In this document: piece by piece, positions 35,436-52,630 of the stretch | Position numbering within the stretch: the stretch's first letter is position 1 | Layout of the letters: every line of letters starts with the position of its first letter | Source of the DNA: Octopus sinensis | Lineage: Eukaryota | Direction: 5' to 3' | DNA: 64,000 bases | NCBI RefSeq assembly: GCF_006345805.1 | Contig: NC_043024.1 | Coordinates: 9,052,001-9,116,000, forward strand | Notes under the pieces: model-generated | What the model was told of the DNA's origin: nothing | What the model saw: only the letters and a program-made list of their open reading frames with translations | The model's database searches: none | Translations under genes and position numbers: made by a program

Positions 35436-37388
35436 TTCTATAATATTTCATCAATTTTGAAACCTATTTTTATATGCTGAAGTTAGATGTATAATTTAAC
35501 GAAGCAGTGGGGAAAGAAAATATTTACATGACAGAATATGATCACTGTTACACAAGACGCAACACTCTCAATCAATGGCTCACATTGAACTGCTTACCCA
35601 ATCCGAACTGCCAATTGCTGACAGTTCTTTTGTTTTATGATAATGAATCTGTTCACCTTTAGTCACTTGGGGTTACTCTTTACTCTTTTACTTGTTTCAG
35701 TCATTTGACTGCGGTCATGCTGGAGCACCGCCTTTAGTCGAGCAAATTGACCCAAGACTTATTCTTTGTAGGCCTAGTACTTATTCTATCGGTCTCTTTT
35801 GCCGAACCGCTAAGTTACGGGGACGTAAACACACCAGCATCGGTTGTCAAGCGATGTTGGGGGGACAAACACAGACACGCAAGCATACACAAACACACAT
35901 ATATATATACATATACACGACAGGCTTCTTTCAGTTTCCGTCTACCAAATCCACTCACAAGGCTTTGGTCAGCCCGAGGCTATAGTAGAAGACACTTGTC
36001 CAAGGTGCCGCGCAGTGGGACTGAACCCGGAACCATGTGGTTCGTAAGCAAGCTACTTACCACACAGCCACTCCTGCGCCTACAAATGGTTGGTCAAAAT
36101 CCTTCCACAACACTTATATACTAGAATATTTTGCGAGTGGTTTCCATGTTTTAAGAATGGTCACTTGTTACTTGAAGAGCAACTTTGTTCAGGAAAACTG
36201 CCAACCTTTAGAACGAATGAAAACATTATGAAAATTCATGAACTGATCATGAAGGACCATCACTGAACAATTGATGAACTTGTTGATTCAACTGGTGTCC
36301 TGGAGTGTAGGAGTGGCTGTGTGGTAAGTAGCTTGCTTACAAACCACATGGTTCCAGGTTCAGTCCCACTGAGTGGCACCTTAGGCAAGTGTCTTCTACT
36401 ATAGCCTTGGGCCGACCAAAGCCTTGTGAGTGGATTTGGTAGATGGAAACTGAAAGAAGCCCGTCGTATATATGTATATATATATGTGTGTGTCTGTGTT
36501 TGTCCCCCACCATCGCTTGACAACCGATGCTGGTGTGTTTATGTCCCCGTATCTTAGCGGTTCGGCAAAAGAGACTGATAGAATAAGTACTAGGCTTACA
36601 AAGAATAAGTCCTGGGGTCGATTTGCTCGACTAAAGGCGGTGCTCCAGCATTTTTATTCGAGTGGTTTCTAAAAAATCTACGCACTGTTTTCCACCCATC
36701 TAAACGGAGCAATTTGATATCCGAGATAATAAACAGAACAATAATAGCATCGATCTATTGCATTTCAATCTGTTTTAGGGTTAGGGGGGGGGGGGGATAT
36801 ATTTTTTCTTCAGAAATGTAAAAAAAAACAATCTGTTTCTTAAACGAGGGATATATTCATACGGCACAGAATGTTTTTACCTCAATAGACGTCATTGATT
36901 TGTTGAAATTGCAGAAATTGAAGAAAAAAAAAACAACAAATATCTCACAAACTATAGAATTTTCTCAATAAAGCCAAGAGAAAAAGATGTTTTATAAACA
37001 CATTCTACCAGTATACGAAGTTTAAAAGTGTTTAGTTACGTGGAAATTATTAAAAAAAACTGCCGTTCAAACCGAAAAAATCCGGTTTCTGTTATCTTCA
37101 GAAATGTAAACAAAGCCACTTCCGGTACTTACGGTACGTATACCGAAGGATCGCCAATAGTTGTTTCGCTGGATGAAACATTTTAATTTATCGGATACAA
37201 TTCAGTATTATTTCCGACTGCATTATATTATGTAAGGGATTTTTCATTGGTGTCACCGGTATGATTCAGACTCGATGTCACCGTCAGCTTGTTATGTTTC
37301 TAATTAAAGGATTTAATTAGAACCGCATGAAATCCCAAGACGAGGAACCGAACCATAATAGATTGTATTTACGGAGATCTGCCAGTTT

Positions 37389-38828
37389 TTGAAGAATCCT
37401 TCGCGAGTTGATATGGAAGACGTTAATGACTTCGACCCTTGTGACCCAGCTGTTAACAATGGAAATTCTGTCAGTGAAGAAGAAAATGGTAAGGAAGAAG
37501 GTTTGTCCGGGGAATCGTTTATGTCATTACACAGAAATATTTCTGATTGTCGTTGTGAGATTTGTGGGAAAAAATTCCCTTCTGAGCACGAAGTTTCCGC
37601 CCACAAACAAATACACAGCAGAGAAAAATCGTTTCGTTGTGGGACCTGTGGGAAAGCATTCGCCCAGAATTCCAAACTTATTATCCACGTACGAAGCCAT
37701 ACGGGCGTGAAACCGTATCACTGTGAGATTTGTGGGAAAAAATTTCCTTCTGAGCTCGAAGTTTCCGCCCACAAACAAATACACAGCAGAGAAAAATCGT
37801 TTGACTGTGGGACTTGTGGGAAATCATTCGCCCAGAACTCAAAGCTTATTATCCATGTACGAAGCCACACGGGAGTGAAACCGTATCACTGTGATATCTG
37901 TGGGAAATCTTTCGTCATTAAAAGTTATTTAACAGCACATAGACTTATACACACAGGGAAAAAACCTTTCCGTTGTGAAATCTGTGGGAAATGTTTTATC
38001 TCCAGCAGTTGTTTGACAAGGCATAAACGAGTCCACACGGGAGAAAAGCCGTTTCGTTGTGAAGTTTGTGGGAAATGTTTCACTCAGAATTCTCATCTTG
38101 TTGTTCACAAAACAACGCATACAGAAGAAAAACCTTATCCTTGTGAAATGTGTGGGAAATGTTTTGTGAACAATAGTAATTTAAGAACACACATGAAGAT
38201 ACACAACAGAGGAAACCCGTTTGAGTGTGATGTATGTGGTAAGTCCTTTCACGATAAGAGTAATTTAACGACACATAAACGAATCCACAGCGGGGAGAAA
38301 CCGTTCCACTGTGAGATTTGTGGTAAAGCTTTTACTCAGAATTCCCATCTTGCGATCCACAAACGGAGCCATACGGGAGAAAAGCCCTTCTACTGTGAAT
38401 TATGTTCGAAGTCTTTTATTTCCAACAGTGATCTGACGAAACACCAAAGGGTCCATGCGGGAGTGAAACCTTATCGATGTGAATTGTGCGGAAAATCTTT
38501 TCGTGATAATAGTAATTTAACAACTCATAAACGAATACACTCTGGAAAAAACTTACATGGCTGTGAATTATGTGGAAAAACTTTTATTAATAATTCAAAA
38601 CTTGTCGTCCACATACGAAGTCATACGGGAGAGAAACCTTATCACTGTGATATCTGCGGCAAGTCCTTTTTGGCCAGTAGTTATATAACAGCACACAAAA
38701 TTATACACACTGGAGGAAAACCTTTCTACTGTCAAGTATGTGGTAAATCTTTTGCGTATAATAGTAATTTAACAAGGCACAAACAGATACATGCTGGAGG
38801 AGATCTAATTTTCAACTGTGAAACATGA
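37389..38828 (+). CDS. Tandem C2H2 zinc-finger protein, 15 fingers (first ATG at 37413)
   Basis: Intact 479-codon ORF with 15 CX2CX12HX3H repeats and TGEKPY/F-type linkers, short acidic N-terminus, no KRAB/SCAN seen. Confidence 0.95.
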   Translation: MKNPSRVDMEDVNDFDPCDPAVNNGNSVSEEENGKEEGLSGESFMSLHRNISDCRCEICGKKFPSEHEVSAHKQIHSREKSFRCGTCGKAFAQNSKLIIHVRSHTGVKPYHCEICGKKFPSELEVSAHKQIHSREKSFDCGTCGKSFAQNSKLIIHVRSHTGVKPYHCDICGKSFVIKSYLTAHRLIHTGKKPFRCEICGKCFISSSCLTRHKRVHTGEKPFRCEVCGKCFTQNSHLVVHKTTHTEEKPYPCEMCGKCFVNNSNLRTHMKIHNRGNPFECDVCGKSFHDKSNLTTHKRIHSGEKPFHCEICGKAFTQNSHLAIHKRSHTGEKPFYCELCSKSFISNSDLTKHQRVHAGVKPYRCELCGKSFRDNSNLTTHKRIHSGKNLHGCELCGKTFINNSKLVVHIRSHTGEKPYHCDICGKSFLASSYITAHKIIHTGGKPFYCQVCGKSFAYNSNLTRHKQIHAGGDLIFNCET

Positions 38829-38829
38829 A

Positions 38830-41860
<3,031 letters not shown>

Positions 41861-43216
41861 ATTTGGTAAATACTTGTAATGAACTTGTTCAAGTGAAAAC
41901 ACAATAGACAAAAGACAATATCAGTGTGAAATATGTAGGGAATCTTTCAGTTTGAAACAAATCAAAATCTGTGAATCACAAGATTATACAGTCTGCAGCA
42001 AAATTTATCTGAGTGAAATAGACTGGAAAATCATTCTGTGGATTATGTTCGTGTAATCCACAGATGTATACACAAGTGGAAGATCTATTCATTGTTGTTT
42101 GACATTAAGGTTTTTTCCAGAGACATGATCTCATTATTGATCAGGACTGGAAAAATGTTGGAGGTGAAATCTGTAGAAACTTATTCTTATTGAAAAGCCA
42201 TTTTGCTACACATTGAATCTCTTTCTCTTTTCTCTTTTACTTGTTTCACTCTTTTGACTGTGGTAATGCTGGAGCACTGCCTTTAGTCAAGCAAATCGAC
42301 CCCAGCTCTGGCCCCTGTGCCAGAGGCACGTGAAAAACACCCACTGCACTCACAGAGTGGTTGGCGTTAGGAAGGGCATCTAGCTGTAGAAACACTGCCG
42401 AATCAGACTAGAGCCTGGTGCAGCCTTCGGGCTTCCCAGACCCCAGTCAAACCGTCCAACCCATGCTAGCATGGAAAACGGACGTTAAATGATGATGATG
42501 ATTTTGCCTTGAACACACACCCTGACGATCATGACCCCCAACATGTGAACCACTAAACCGTGCTTCTTCACGCACACACAGATATTTGATGCGTGTCACA
42601 CATAAAACTCCAACCTCTTTGAGTCAAGTACATCAAAATCAAATCAAATGGAAATTGTAGTTGTGGCCCCTGTACCATATCAGCCTTAACTTACGATGCC
42701 AAACATTGTCACTTGTTACACATGGACGTAGCGGGGAACCTACAAACATTTCTAAGACCAGTCACGTGTCTATCCTCTACCAATCAAATCCCATTCAAAA
42801 CATATACTAATCAGGGCCATGAACTCCCTATAAAAATAGGGCAAACTTCAAACGCTAGTCAGAAGCAAGACTGCTGTGACATAAGCCATGTCTTTCTATT
42901 TGAACTTTCAGAAAATCAGTTTAAACTGTGAAACCATTTAAAGCTTTAAATATTTTAATAAAAAATATTTTAACTATTCTCAGTGCATTTTCAACTTTTA
43001 TTTTTCCTATATCTCTACACATGTAGAATAAAATAACTTTGTTTTCTGTGCCCATATATGTATATGTATGTACATATATAAGTATGTACTTATATGTATT
43101 TGAAAGAACTTTTTTTCACCCATTTCCTTCCGGTCATTCAAAATGTGACCGGGTGTGTACCGTTGGCGATTTTTTTTTCCTCTGTCTTCCCTTCTCTGGA
43201 TCTTTCCTTCTGCTAT

Positions 43217-43251
43217 GTTTCCGACGAAGAGCTCTGCTTGAAACGTTAAAC
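43217..43251 (+). ncRNA. Minimal type-I hammerhead motif, variant CCGACGA core
   Basis: GTTT-CCGACGA-a-GAGC tct GCTT-GAAA-C|G-TT-AAAC. Stem I GTTT/AAAC, stem II 4 bp, palindromic AACGTT stem III. Confidence 0.65.
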
Positions 43252-43336
43252 CCTCCTTCTTTCCTGAGCGTCCAATAATATTATATTTGTTCCACGTCCT
43301 CACGTTGTGTTTTTTTGTGCTTTCTTGTTTGGATTA

Positions 43337-43373
<37 letters not shown>

Positions 43374-45067
43374 TTATGTTTATACATATGGATATGTCTA
43401 ACCCTTGCCAGCATGGACAACAGACATCAAATGATGATAATATGCATATATATATATATATAACATAAATAATATATAAACATATGCATATATAGATACA
43501 TATATGTACATACCTACATCTATATGTATAGGTCTTGTGTAAATCGGTCAATGGATTCCCAAGATACAGGGTTTTTTGGGATTACCTTCATAAATCCCCA
43601 AAACAGTGCATAATGGAAAAATACACCAAAAGTAACATAACCCTGAAAGGGAAGAAACTCTAACCTTTTGATTAATGAGAGACATTATGATCAATGTCTT
43701 CTGTATTTTGAAGACAATCTTAATGACCTGGACAAACTTAGTGACAGTAATTTGCCGATGAAAAAATACAAGTTGTTTTTGAAGTAAATTTTATATTTTT
43801 GCTTTTGTTAACCCTTTAGTGTTCAGATTACTCTGTTAAATGTAATACTTTTTCACTCAAATTGTTTTGAATTAATCATGCATTATGTTATATCTTTGAG
43901 GTTTCAATGATGTGAGTGTCTATTTTTAGAATGTCAATGTAGGTTAGGTGTAAGAGGCTGGATATGGCCAGTTTGAATATAAAACATGTAGAATATCTGG
44001 GCCAGATATGGCCGGTTTAAACACTAAAGAGTTAAACACAATATTTCAATCATTTAGAAATATTTCTAAATGAACATGATTTCAAAAATACAAGTTATTT
44101 ATATTTTACCTTTCTTTAAACAGACAATATTTTAAAAAATTATTATTGCAAAATTATTAGGGGTCAAAAAATGACTGATGAAGTTTAAAATGGCCTACAT
44201 CAAAATCAGTCATGTACACTGGGGACTTACCTCCCTTTGTCTGTCATTAAGACAGTGATTTTGTGGCTTTTGAGTTATTTAGTGTTTAAACCGGCCATAT
44301 CCGGTTTAATCTACCTGTTTTCTGTTAAAACTGCCCAGTGACCTCTATTAATATATATCTTTATATACAAAAGTGAAGTTGTGTGGTGTCTGTCTCCTCC
44401 GATTTAGATTCCTAACTACTCCCACATTTTGCGGTGCAGTTTAATCTTATAGTCGTGATTCATATCGAGCCCTTCTGGGTATTAGCGCGCATCTACGATG
44501 AGTCTACAATTTAAAAAAAAATTTACCATCAATTTTTCCCATTTTTAGCGCGCATCTACGATGAGTCTACAATTTAAAAAAAAATTTACCATCAATTTTT
44601 CCCATTTTTAATGCATTTTTGGCATATATAAGGGAAGTAACTCTCTAAAAATTTATTATTAAATCTCAGAATGTAAAAAGCTACAGTAACACCACCCCCC
44701 TTTGTGGTTAGCCATATTGAGATGGCTATTATACTTTACATCTCTAAAAATGCTTATATAGTTAATTCCCTTACAAACCCGAGCAACGCCGGGCGATACT
44801 GCTAGTATTTATATATATATATATATATATACACACACATATACTCTTTTACTCTTTTACTTGTTTCAGTCATTTGACTGCAGCCATGCTGGAGCACCGC
44901 CTTTAATCGAGCAACTCGACCCCGGGACTTATTCTTTTGTAAGCCCAGTACTTATTCTATCGGTCATCTTTTGCCGAACCGCTAAGTAACGGGGACATAA
45001 ACACACCAGCATTGGTTGTCAAGCAATGCTGGGTGGGGACAAACACAGACACACAAACACACACACG

Positions 45068-45099
<32 letters not shown>

Positions 45100-46028
45100 T
45101 ACGACGGGCTTCTTTCAGTTTCCGTCTACCAAATCTACTCACAAGGCTTTGGTCGGCCCGAGGCTATAGTAGAAGACACTATCCCAAGGTGCCACGCAGT
45201 GGGACTGAACCCAGAACCATGTGGTTGGTAAACAAGCTACTTACCACACAGCCACTCCTACTAGTATATATATATATAGAGAGAGGGTAAAGGGTAAAGA
45301 CCCCCTTCTGTCATGAATGATCATGGGTTTGCACCTAGAAAGTTACCCTCCGAGGCACAAGTCCGAGCAAGGTTGTTTGTGGAAGGCCAGCAGTCGCCCA
45401 TGTATGCCATGTTTCCCCTCTCCATGCTACTGATGTTATCCAAGGGAAAGGCAAAGGGGCCGATACAGCTTGGCACCAGTGACATGCACACACATACACA
45501 AACACGTGTGCATATAAATATACACATCTTAGAACAGAATGGAGCAAGAGCACACACGAAAACAAAAAGTGTGACTGAAGAGGTCACAGATGTGTGATGA
45601 AGGATTTCCGGACAATGGACAGGAGTTAGAATAATAAAATAAGAACAGTAAAAAAACAAGTCAAGAACAAAAAGAAATGACCGTCCCAAAATACAACAAT
45701 ATACTCTTTTACTTGTTTCAGTCATTTGACTGCGGCCATGCTGGAGCACCGCCTTTAGTCGAGCAAATCGACCCTGAGACTTTTATTCTTTGTAAGCCCA
45801 CTACTTATTCTATCGGTCACTTTTGCCGAACTGCTAAGTGACGGGGACGTAAACACACCAGCATCGGTTGTCAAGCAATGCTAGGGGGACAAACACAGAC
45901 ACGCATACATACATATATATATATATATATATACATAATATTAATTCGAGACAAAACCACTATTTTGCAAAACAAACAAGGAAAGACTTAATCAATACAT
46001 AAAATTTTTAATATAAAGAAATAAACCG

Positions 46029-46071
46029 CCACTACAATCGTTTCATGTCTTCAATGACATTCGTCAGGTGG
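46029..46071 (-). ncRNA. Type-I hammerhead ribozyme (canonical core)
   Basis: Minus strand CCAC-CTGACGA-ATGTC attgaa GACAT-GAAA-C gatt G-TA-GTGG. All three stems form, GUA site. Confidence 0.8.
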
Positions 46072-47086
46072 ATTTTCGATCTCCTAATCTGTTTTAATTA
46101 ATTTTAATTAAATTTGGATTTATTCCCTAATATTTATTATTATATATATATACATATATATATGACAGGCTTCTTTCAGTTTCCGTCTACCAAATCCACT
46201 CACAAGGCATTGGTCAGCCCGGGGCTATAGTAGAAGACACTTGCCCAAGGTACCACGCAGTGGGACTGAACCCGGAACCATGTGGTTGGTAAGCAAGCTA
46301 CTTACCACACAGCCACTCCTACGCCTATATATATATATGTATGGTGCTACTTAAGAAGAGTGGTCCCGGTGCGCACACTCGTGTACTCACACTTGCTAAT
46401 CGTGACTAGTCGATCCTACGACTACCTAGCAAAGTAAATAAAACACAAAGTAAATAATTTTTTTACACAAAGGATCGACTAGTCACGACTAGCTAGCGCG
46501 GATGCGCGAGTGCGCACACCGGGACCACTCTTCTTAAGTAGTACCTATATGTATGTATGTATATATATCATCATCATCATCATCGTTTAACGTCCGTTCT
46601 CCATGCTAGCATGGGTTGGACGGATCGACCAGGGATCTGGGAAGCCAGAAGGCTGCACCAGGCTCCGGTCTTATCTGGCAAAATTTCTACAGCTGGATGC
46701 CCTTCCTAATATATATGTGTGTATACACACACACACATATATATGCCGGAATTCTGTTTTAAGCATGCTATTTTAACCTCTCATAACTTTTTTATCTTTT
46801 GAAATTTTCTAAATTTTTTTTTGGGTGGGTGGGGTTGCCTAATCGTGTGAATTCCTGTGAGTAGAAAATTTTCTGAAAATACCCCGAGATAAAAAAAACG
46901 TTACGAGGGGTTACAAGGCGTGCGAAAAGCGGAATCGTGCCAAATGTGCGTGTGTTTGTCCACCGCCACCGCTTAGCAACCGGTGTTGGTATGTTTACGT
47001 CCACGTAAATTTGCGGTCCCGCCAAAAAGAAAACGATAGAATAAAAACATAAGTACTGGGGGTTCAATTCGTTTGAATGAAGTTTC

Positions 47087-48622
47087 GGTGATCTTTCGTT
47101 TTGACTCGAAATAATGTAAACCTTGAATTTGGTTTCATTTCCGTGACCACATGTCGGTCAATTGTCAGTCGGGAAGAGAAAGAGGGTTGTGTGTGTGTGT
47201 GTGTATGTATGTGTGTGCGTGCTTGTTCTTCTGTGTATGTGTGTGTCTCTCTACTCTTTTACTTGTTTCAGTCATTTGACTGCGGCCATGCTGGAGCACC
47301 GCCTTTAATCGAGCAACTCGACCCCGGGACTTATTCTTTTTGTAAGCCCAGTACTTATTCTATCGGTCATCTTTTGCCGAACCACTAAGTAACGGGGATG
47401 TAAACACACCAGCATCGGTTGTCAAGCAATGCTAGGGGGACAAACACAGACACACAAACACATACATATATATATATACATATATACGACGGGCTTCTTT
47501 CAGTTTCCACACAGCCACTCACATATATACGACAGGCTTCTTTCAGTTTCCGTCTACCAAATCCACTCACAAAGCTTTGGTCGGCCCGAGGCTCTAGTAG
47601 AAGACACTTGCCCAAGGTGCCATGCAGTGGGATTGAACCCGGAACCATGTGGTTGGTAAACAAACTACTTACCACACAGCCACTCCTGCGCCTGTTTTTT
47701 TTTTGTGGAATGTGATAAGTAGCTTGTTTACCAACTACATGGTTCCAGGTTCACTCCCACTGCGTGGCACCTAACACAGAGGAACAAACATGCACACACA
47801 CACATACACACAGAGGAACAAGCACACACACATACACAGAGGAACAAACATGCACACACACACGCACGCATACATACACACAGAGGAACAAGCACACACG
47901 CATGCACACACACATACGCACGCACACACACACACATACAGAGGAACAAACATGCACACACACACACACACACACAAAGGAACAAGCACGCACACACACA
48001 GAGGAACAAGCCCGCACACACACACATACAGAGGAACACACACGCACACATACAGAGGAACACACATGCACACACACATACACATACAGAGGAACACACA
48101 CGCACACATACAGAGGAACACACACATACGCACGCACACACACACATACAGAGGAACACACATGCACACACACATACGCACGCACACATACACACACACA
48201 GAGGAACAAGCACGCACACACACACATACAGAGGAACACACATACGCACGCACACACACACATACAGAGGAACACACACGCACACATACAGAGGAACACA
48301 CATGCACACACACATACGCACGCACACATACACACACACACACACAGAGGAACAAGCGCGCACACATACAGAGGAACACACATGCACACACACATACGCA
48401 CGCACACATACACACACACACACACACAGAGGAACAAGCGCGCACACATACAGAGGAACACACATGCACACACACATACGCACGCACACATACACACACA
48501 CACACACAACCCATTAGCTTTTTTCTTCTTCCCAACTTGACAATTAACAAGCCAACATGTTGGTCACGGAAACGACCGAATTCAATATTAAAAATTTTTC
48601 CGAGCCAAAACGAAAGATCTCC
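47087..48622. mobile_element. Foldback element with Merlin-like GG(T/A)GATCTTTCG ends and long TIRs containing a microsatellite
   Basis: Left arm GGTGATCTTTCGTTTTGACTCGAAA..TTTCCGTGACCACATGT..GGGTTGTGTG matches the reverse complement of the right arm. No clear TSD. Confidence 0.7.
47770..48508. repeat. (CA)n microsatellite punctuated by AGAGGAAC
   Basis: Direct reading of the sequence. Confidence 0.95.
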
Positions 48623-48859
48623 AAAGCCTTTCCAAAACCAGACAGTGCCCCAGCATGGCCACAAGCCACTGAAAAAAAAAAAAAAACAAAAAAAAAACAA
48701 GCTAAAACATACAAAGAGAAAAAAATACAACTACCCACAATTCCATTCGATCGGCCTCACATCCGCTTCCGGACCTTTAATTCTTGTTTCTGTTTTGTCA
48801 GAGCAACAACATCTCTTCCTCTCGAATGAGCAGAAAATCCGTCTCTCTCCTCTCTCTGG

Positions 48860-49091
48860 CCCACGCCTCAACGTCCCACCCGCGGCAAGGTGTGTATACC
48901 ACAAACGTCCCTTTTAATTATATAATATAAATGTATGTCTATATATATATATATATATATAATTATACACACATATGTATAATAAAACAAGACATACTGG
49001 AAATTGCAATTATATATATATACACTCTTATCAAAGTGTGTATACTACAAAGTTCCTTTTAATAATATATATATATATCTATGTGTGTGTG

Positions 49092-49185
<94 letters not shown>

Positions 49186-49902
49186 TATATATATATTATA
49201 TATATATATATATTTATTTACATATATATAATTATACATATATATATATAATTATACACATATATGTATAATAAAACTAGGCAGAAATAATGGTCATTAC
49301 AATTATATATACACTTTTAGCAAGGTGTGTATAATACAATAAATGTATATCTATGTGTGCCTGTGTATATATATATTATACACATATATGTATAATAAAA
49401 CTAGGCAAAATAATGGTCATTACAATTATATATACACTTTTAGCAAGGTGTGTATAATACAATAAATGTATATCTATGTGTGCCTGTGTATATATATAAT
49501 TATACACATGTATGTATGTCGCACCTCAAGTCCCACTCTTAGCAAGGTGTGTATACTACAAAGTTCCTTTTAATAATATAATATTAATGTATATCTATGT
49601 GTTCATGTATATATATATATAGACAGAAATAATGGTCATTACAATTATATATATACACTTTTAGCAAGGTGTGTATAATACAAACGTCCTTTTAATACTA
49701 TATATATATATATATGTATGTCCGCACCTCAACGTCCCACTCTTAGCAAGGTGTGTGTATATATATATGTATACTACAAAATTAGAAAATGGAGATATAT
49801 ATATAAATTATATACACATGTATGTCTGCACCTCAACGTCCCACTCTTAGCAAAGTGTATATACTACAAACGTCCTTTTAATAATATATAAATGTATATC
49901 TA

Positions 49903-49946
<44 letters not shown>

Positions 49947-50056
49947 ATTATACACATATGTATAATAAAACAAGACAGAAATAATGGTCGTTACAATTAT
50001 ATATATACACTTTTAGCAAAGAAACAAACCCGAGCAACCCTGGGCTATACTGCTAG
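48860..50056 (+). mobile_element. Helitron-like element with internal minisatellite blocks
   Basis: 3' end CCCGAGCAACCCTGGGCTATACTGCTAG-T. Interior repeats of CACCTCAACGTCCCACTCTTAGCAAGGTGTGTATA and (TA)n. The 5' end is not defined. Confidence 0.6.
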
Positions 50057-51089
50057 TATATATAAAAATTGTATCCACACATATACACAATACATGTAAG
50101 TTGTCAAATGTGTACATAAACACACAACAGACATACTTCAATGCTTCCTTCACCCTGTTTAAAAGTACGTTTGGATTTTATAGTAGTGACTATTGTTAAT
50201 AGTCACTAATATAATAATATTAGCATAGTTGTTGAAGTTGAGGGAGCCCGAAACAGTCAGGTGACAGGTACTCCTTTCTCCAAGAAAATTTCCCTTAAAT
50301 TTGGACCTGATATAATTATGGTGATGTATATACACAAAATAAATAATTTGTATCTTTTCGGTTTGAACGACAGTTTTTAAAAATAATTTCCACGTAACTA
50401 AACACTTTTAAACTTCGTATACTGGTAGAATGTGTTTATAAAACATCATTTTCTCTTGGATTTCTTGAGAAAATTCTATAGTTTGTAAGATATTTGTTGT
50501 TTTTTCTTCAATTTCTGCAATTTCAACCAATCAATGACCGTCTATTGAGTTAAAAAACATTCTGTGCCGTATGAATATGTCCCTCGTTTAAGAAACAGAT
50601 TGGGTTTATTTACATTTGTGAAGAAAAAAGATACCCTTCCCCCCCACTCCTAACCCTAAAACATATTGAAATGCAATAGATCGATACTAGGGTCATAATT
50701 ATGGGTGACAATTTCATGAGACCGCTAGAAAAAACTGCCGTTCAAACCGAAAAGATCCAATAACACGCCAAAACACAAAGTAAGGATCAACTAGTCATGA
50801 CTAGCTGGTGCGGATGCGCGACTGTTCGCTAGTAGTACCATATAATTATGGTTGCTAATAAAATATCTGGGTATTTTGGGTGCTTAACAATCAATATTCT
50901 TCTCTCTGTTTCCCACACTAATGTCTAATTTAATAATTTTGACGATGCTTCGATATAGGTACACACGTGACTTTGTTTACATTTCTGAAGATAACAAACC
51001 CTTTTCTCCCACCCCTAACACAAACCCTAACACTTTCTTGAAATGTATCCGGTACTTCCACCGGTGCATATATCGAAGTTACGCCATAA

Positions 51090-52630
51090 TTTTCAGTTTT
51101 CAAAAAAAATTACGTCTACAGCGGGGCAAAATGAGTAACGACTGATTTCAGTAATTTCTTGAGAGTCACAACAACATTTTGCGTTGAGTTTTTCGATGGA
51201 GTCGAGTTTCGTTTAATTTTTAATTTCATATGATCCACTTTCATTTGACCTAAATATTTAAAATTTTTGTTACATGATCGAAGCACACGATGAGGTGTTT
51301 TTACTGGATTTCTGACTTTGAGGAGAAATATACTTTTTTACTTTTCGTTTTTGGATTTGGTTCGCAAGATTCTTTATAGGAGTTCGTGTGTTGTAGCATA
51401 TTCTGTTGTGTCTGGGGAGAGTCATTCTCTTTTAGTGCCAGACACAACAGAATACTTTTTTACGATTTCTCACAACCTTACAAAAACTATATCAGTGTTG
51501 CTGTGTGATAAGTAGCTTGTTTACCAACATCATGGTTCCAGGTTCAGTCCCACTGCGTGGCACCTTGCACAAGTGTTTTCTAGCCTCGGGCCGACCAAAG
51601 CCATGTGAGTGGATTTGGTAGACATAAGCTTGGGAAATAATTGACTTGGAATCCAAAAGAGAAAAGAACACTGATTGTTAAGCGCCAAAAATTATCCAGA
51701 TATTTTATTAGTAGCTCACCTGCAATGGACCAGTGTCCAATGAAACCAGGAAACTGGCCCTTATGAGCCAAACATGGTTCAAGAAGGAACAAACAACAAC
51801 AGCAAAACCCTTGTTACTAATTTGCTCTCCCTCCCCATTTTCAGAAAGTTTGTGTTCTGCCCACTATCTTGTATAATTATGCAAAAGTTATTTTTCATTC
51901 TTCCATAAATTCTAAAATTTTGGCCCCTTTTCAAACTTTTCCTAATATATTTTCACCATTCAGGTGTGATCGTTGCTAGCGTCACCAGACTGGCTCCTGT
52001 GTCAGTGGCATGTAAAAAAACACTATTCGAGCGTGGTTGTTGCCAGTGCTGTCGGACTGGTTCCCGTGCCAGGTAGCACGTAAAAAACACCATTCGAGCA
52101 TGGTTGATGCCAGTACCACCTGACTGGCCCTCATGCCAGTGGTACGTAAAAGCACCCACTACACTCTCGGAGTGGTTGGCGTTAGGAAGGGCATCCAACT
52201 GTAGAAACTTTGCCAGATCAGATACGAGCCTGGTGCAGCCTTCTGGCTTACCAGCCCTCAGTCAAACCGTCCAACCCATGCTAGCATGGAAAGTGGACGT
52301 TAAACGATGATGATGAACCAGATCTGCTATTTGTTTCTGTCTATAATTTCATTACAAAAAAAATGCGAAAGTCATGATAGTTTACATGGTATGCTTTGAT
52401 TAAAACTAGTTTTTTTTTCAAGCATAGAGCGGTCATTAAATGAAATGATGAAATCTGAAGAAATGAAACAACAGATTTATCATTTTGTCTCACCCATTTT
52501 GCCCCACCTAAATCTATCTTCTGCATGCTCAAAGAGAACAAAGAATTTTCTAAAATAGTGATTTGAATATGTTATAGTGTTTTTAATCAAAAATGGAGCA
52601 AATATTACTCGTTCTGCCCCACCTCCCTAA
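51090..52630 (+). mobile_element. Non-autonomous pogo-like derivative related to the 53-55 kb element, carrying SINE insertions
   Basis: 51090-51160 matches 53325-53400, 52495-52530 matches 55019-55055, and a TIR-like CTCGTTCTGCCCCACCTCCC-TA lies at 52608-52629. Confidence 0.55.
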
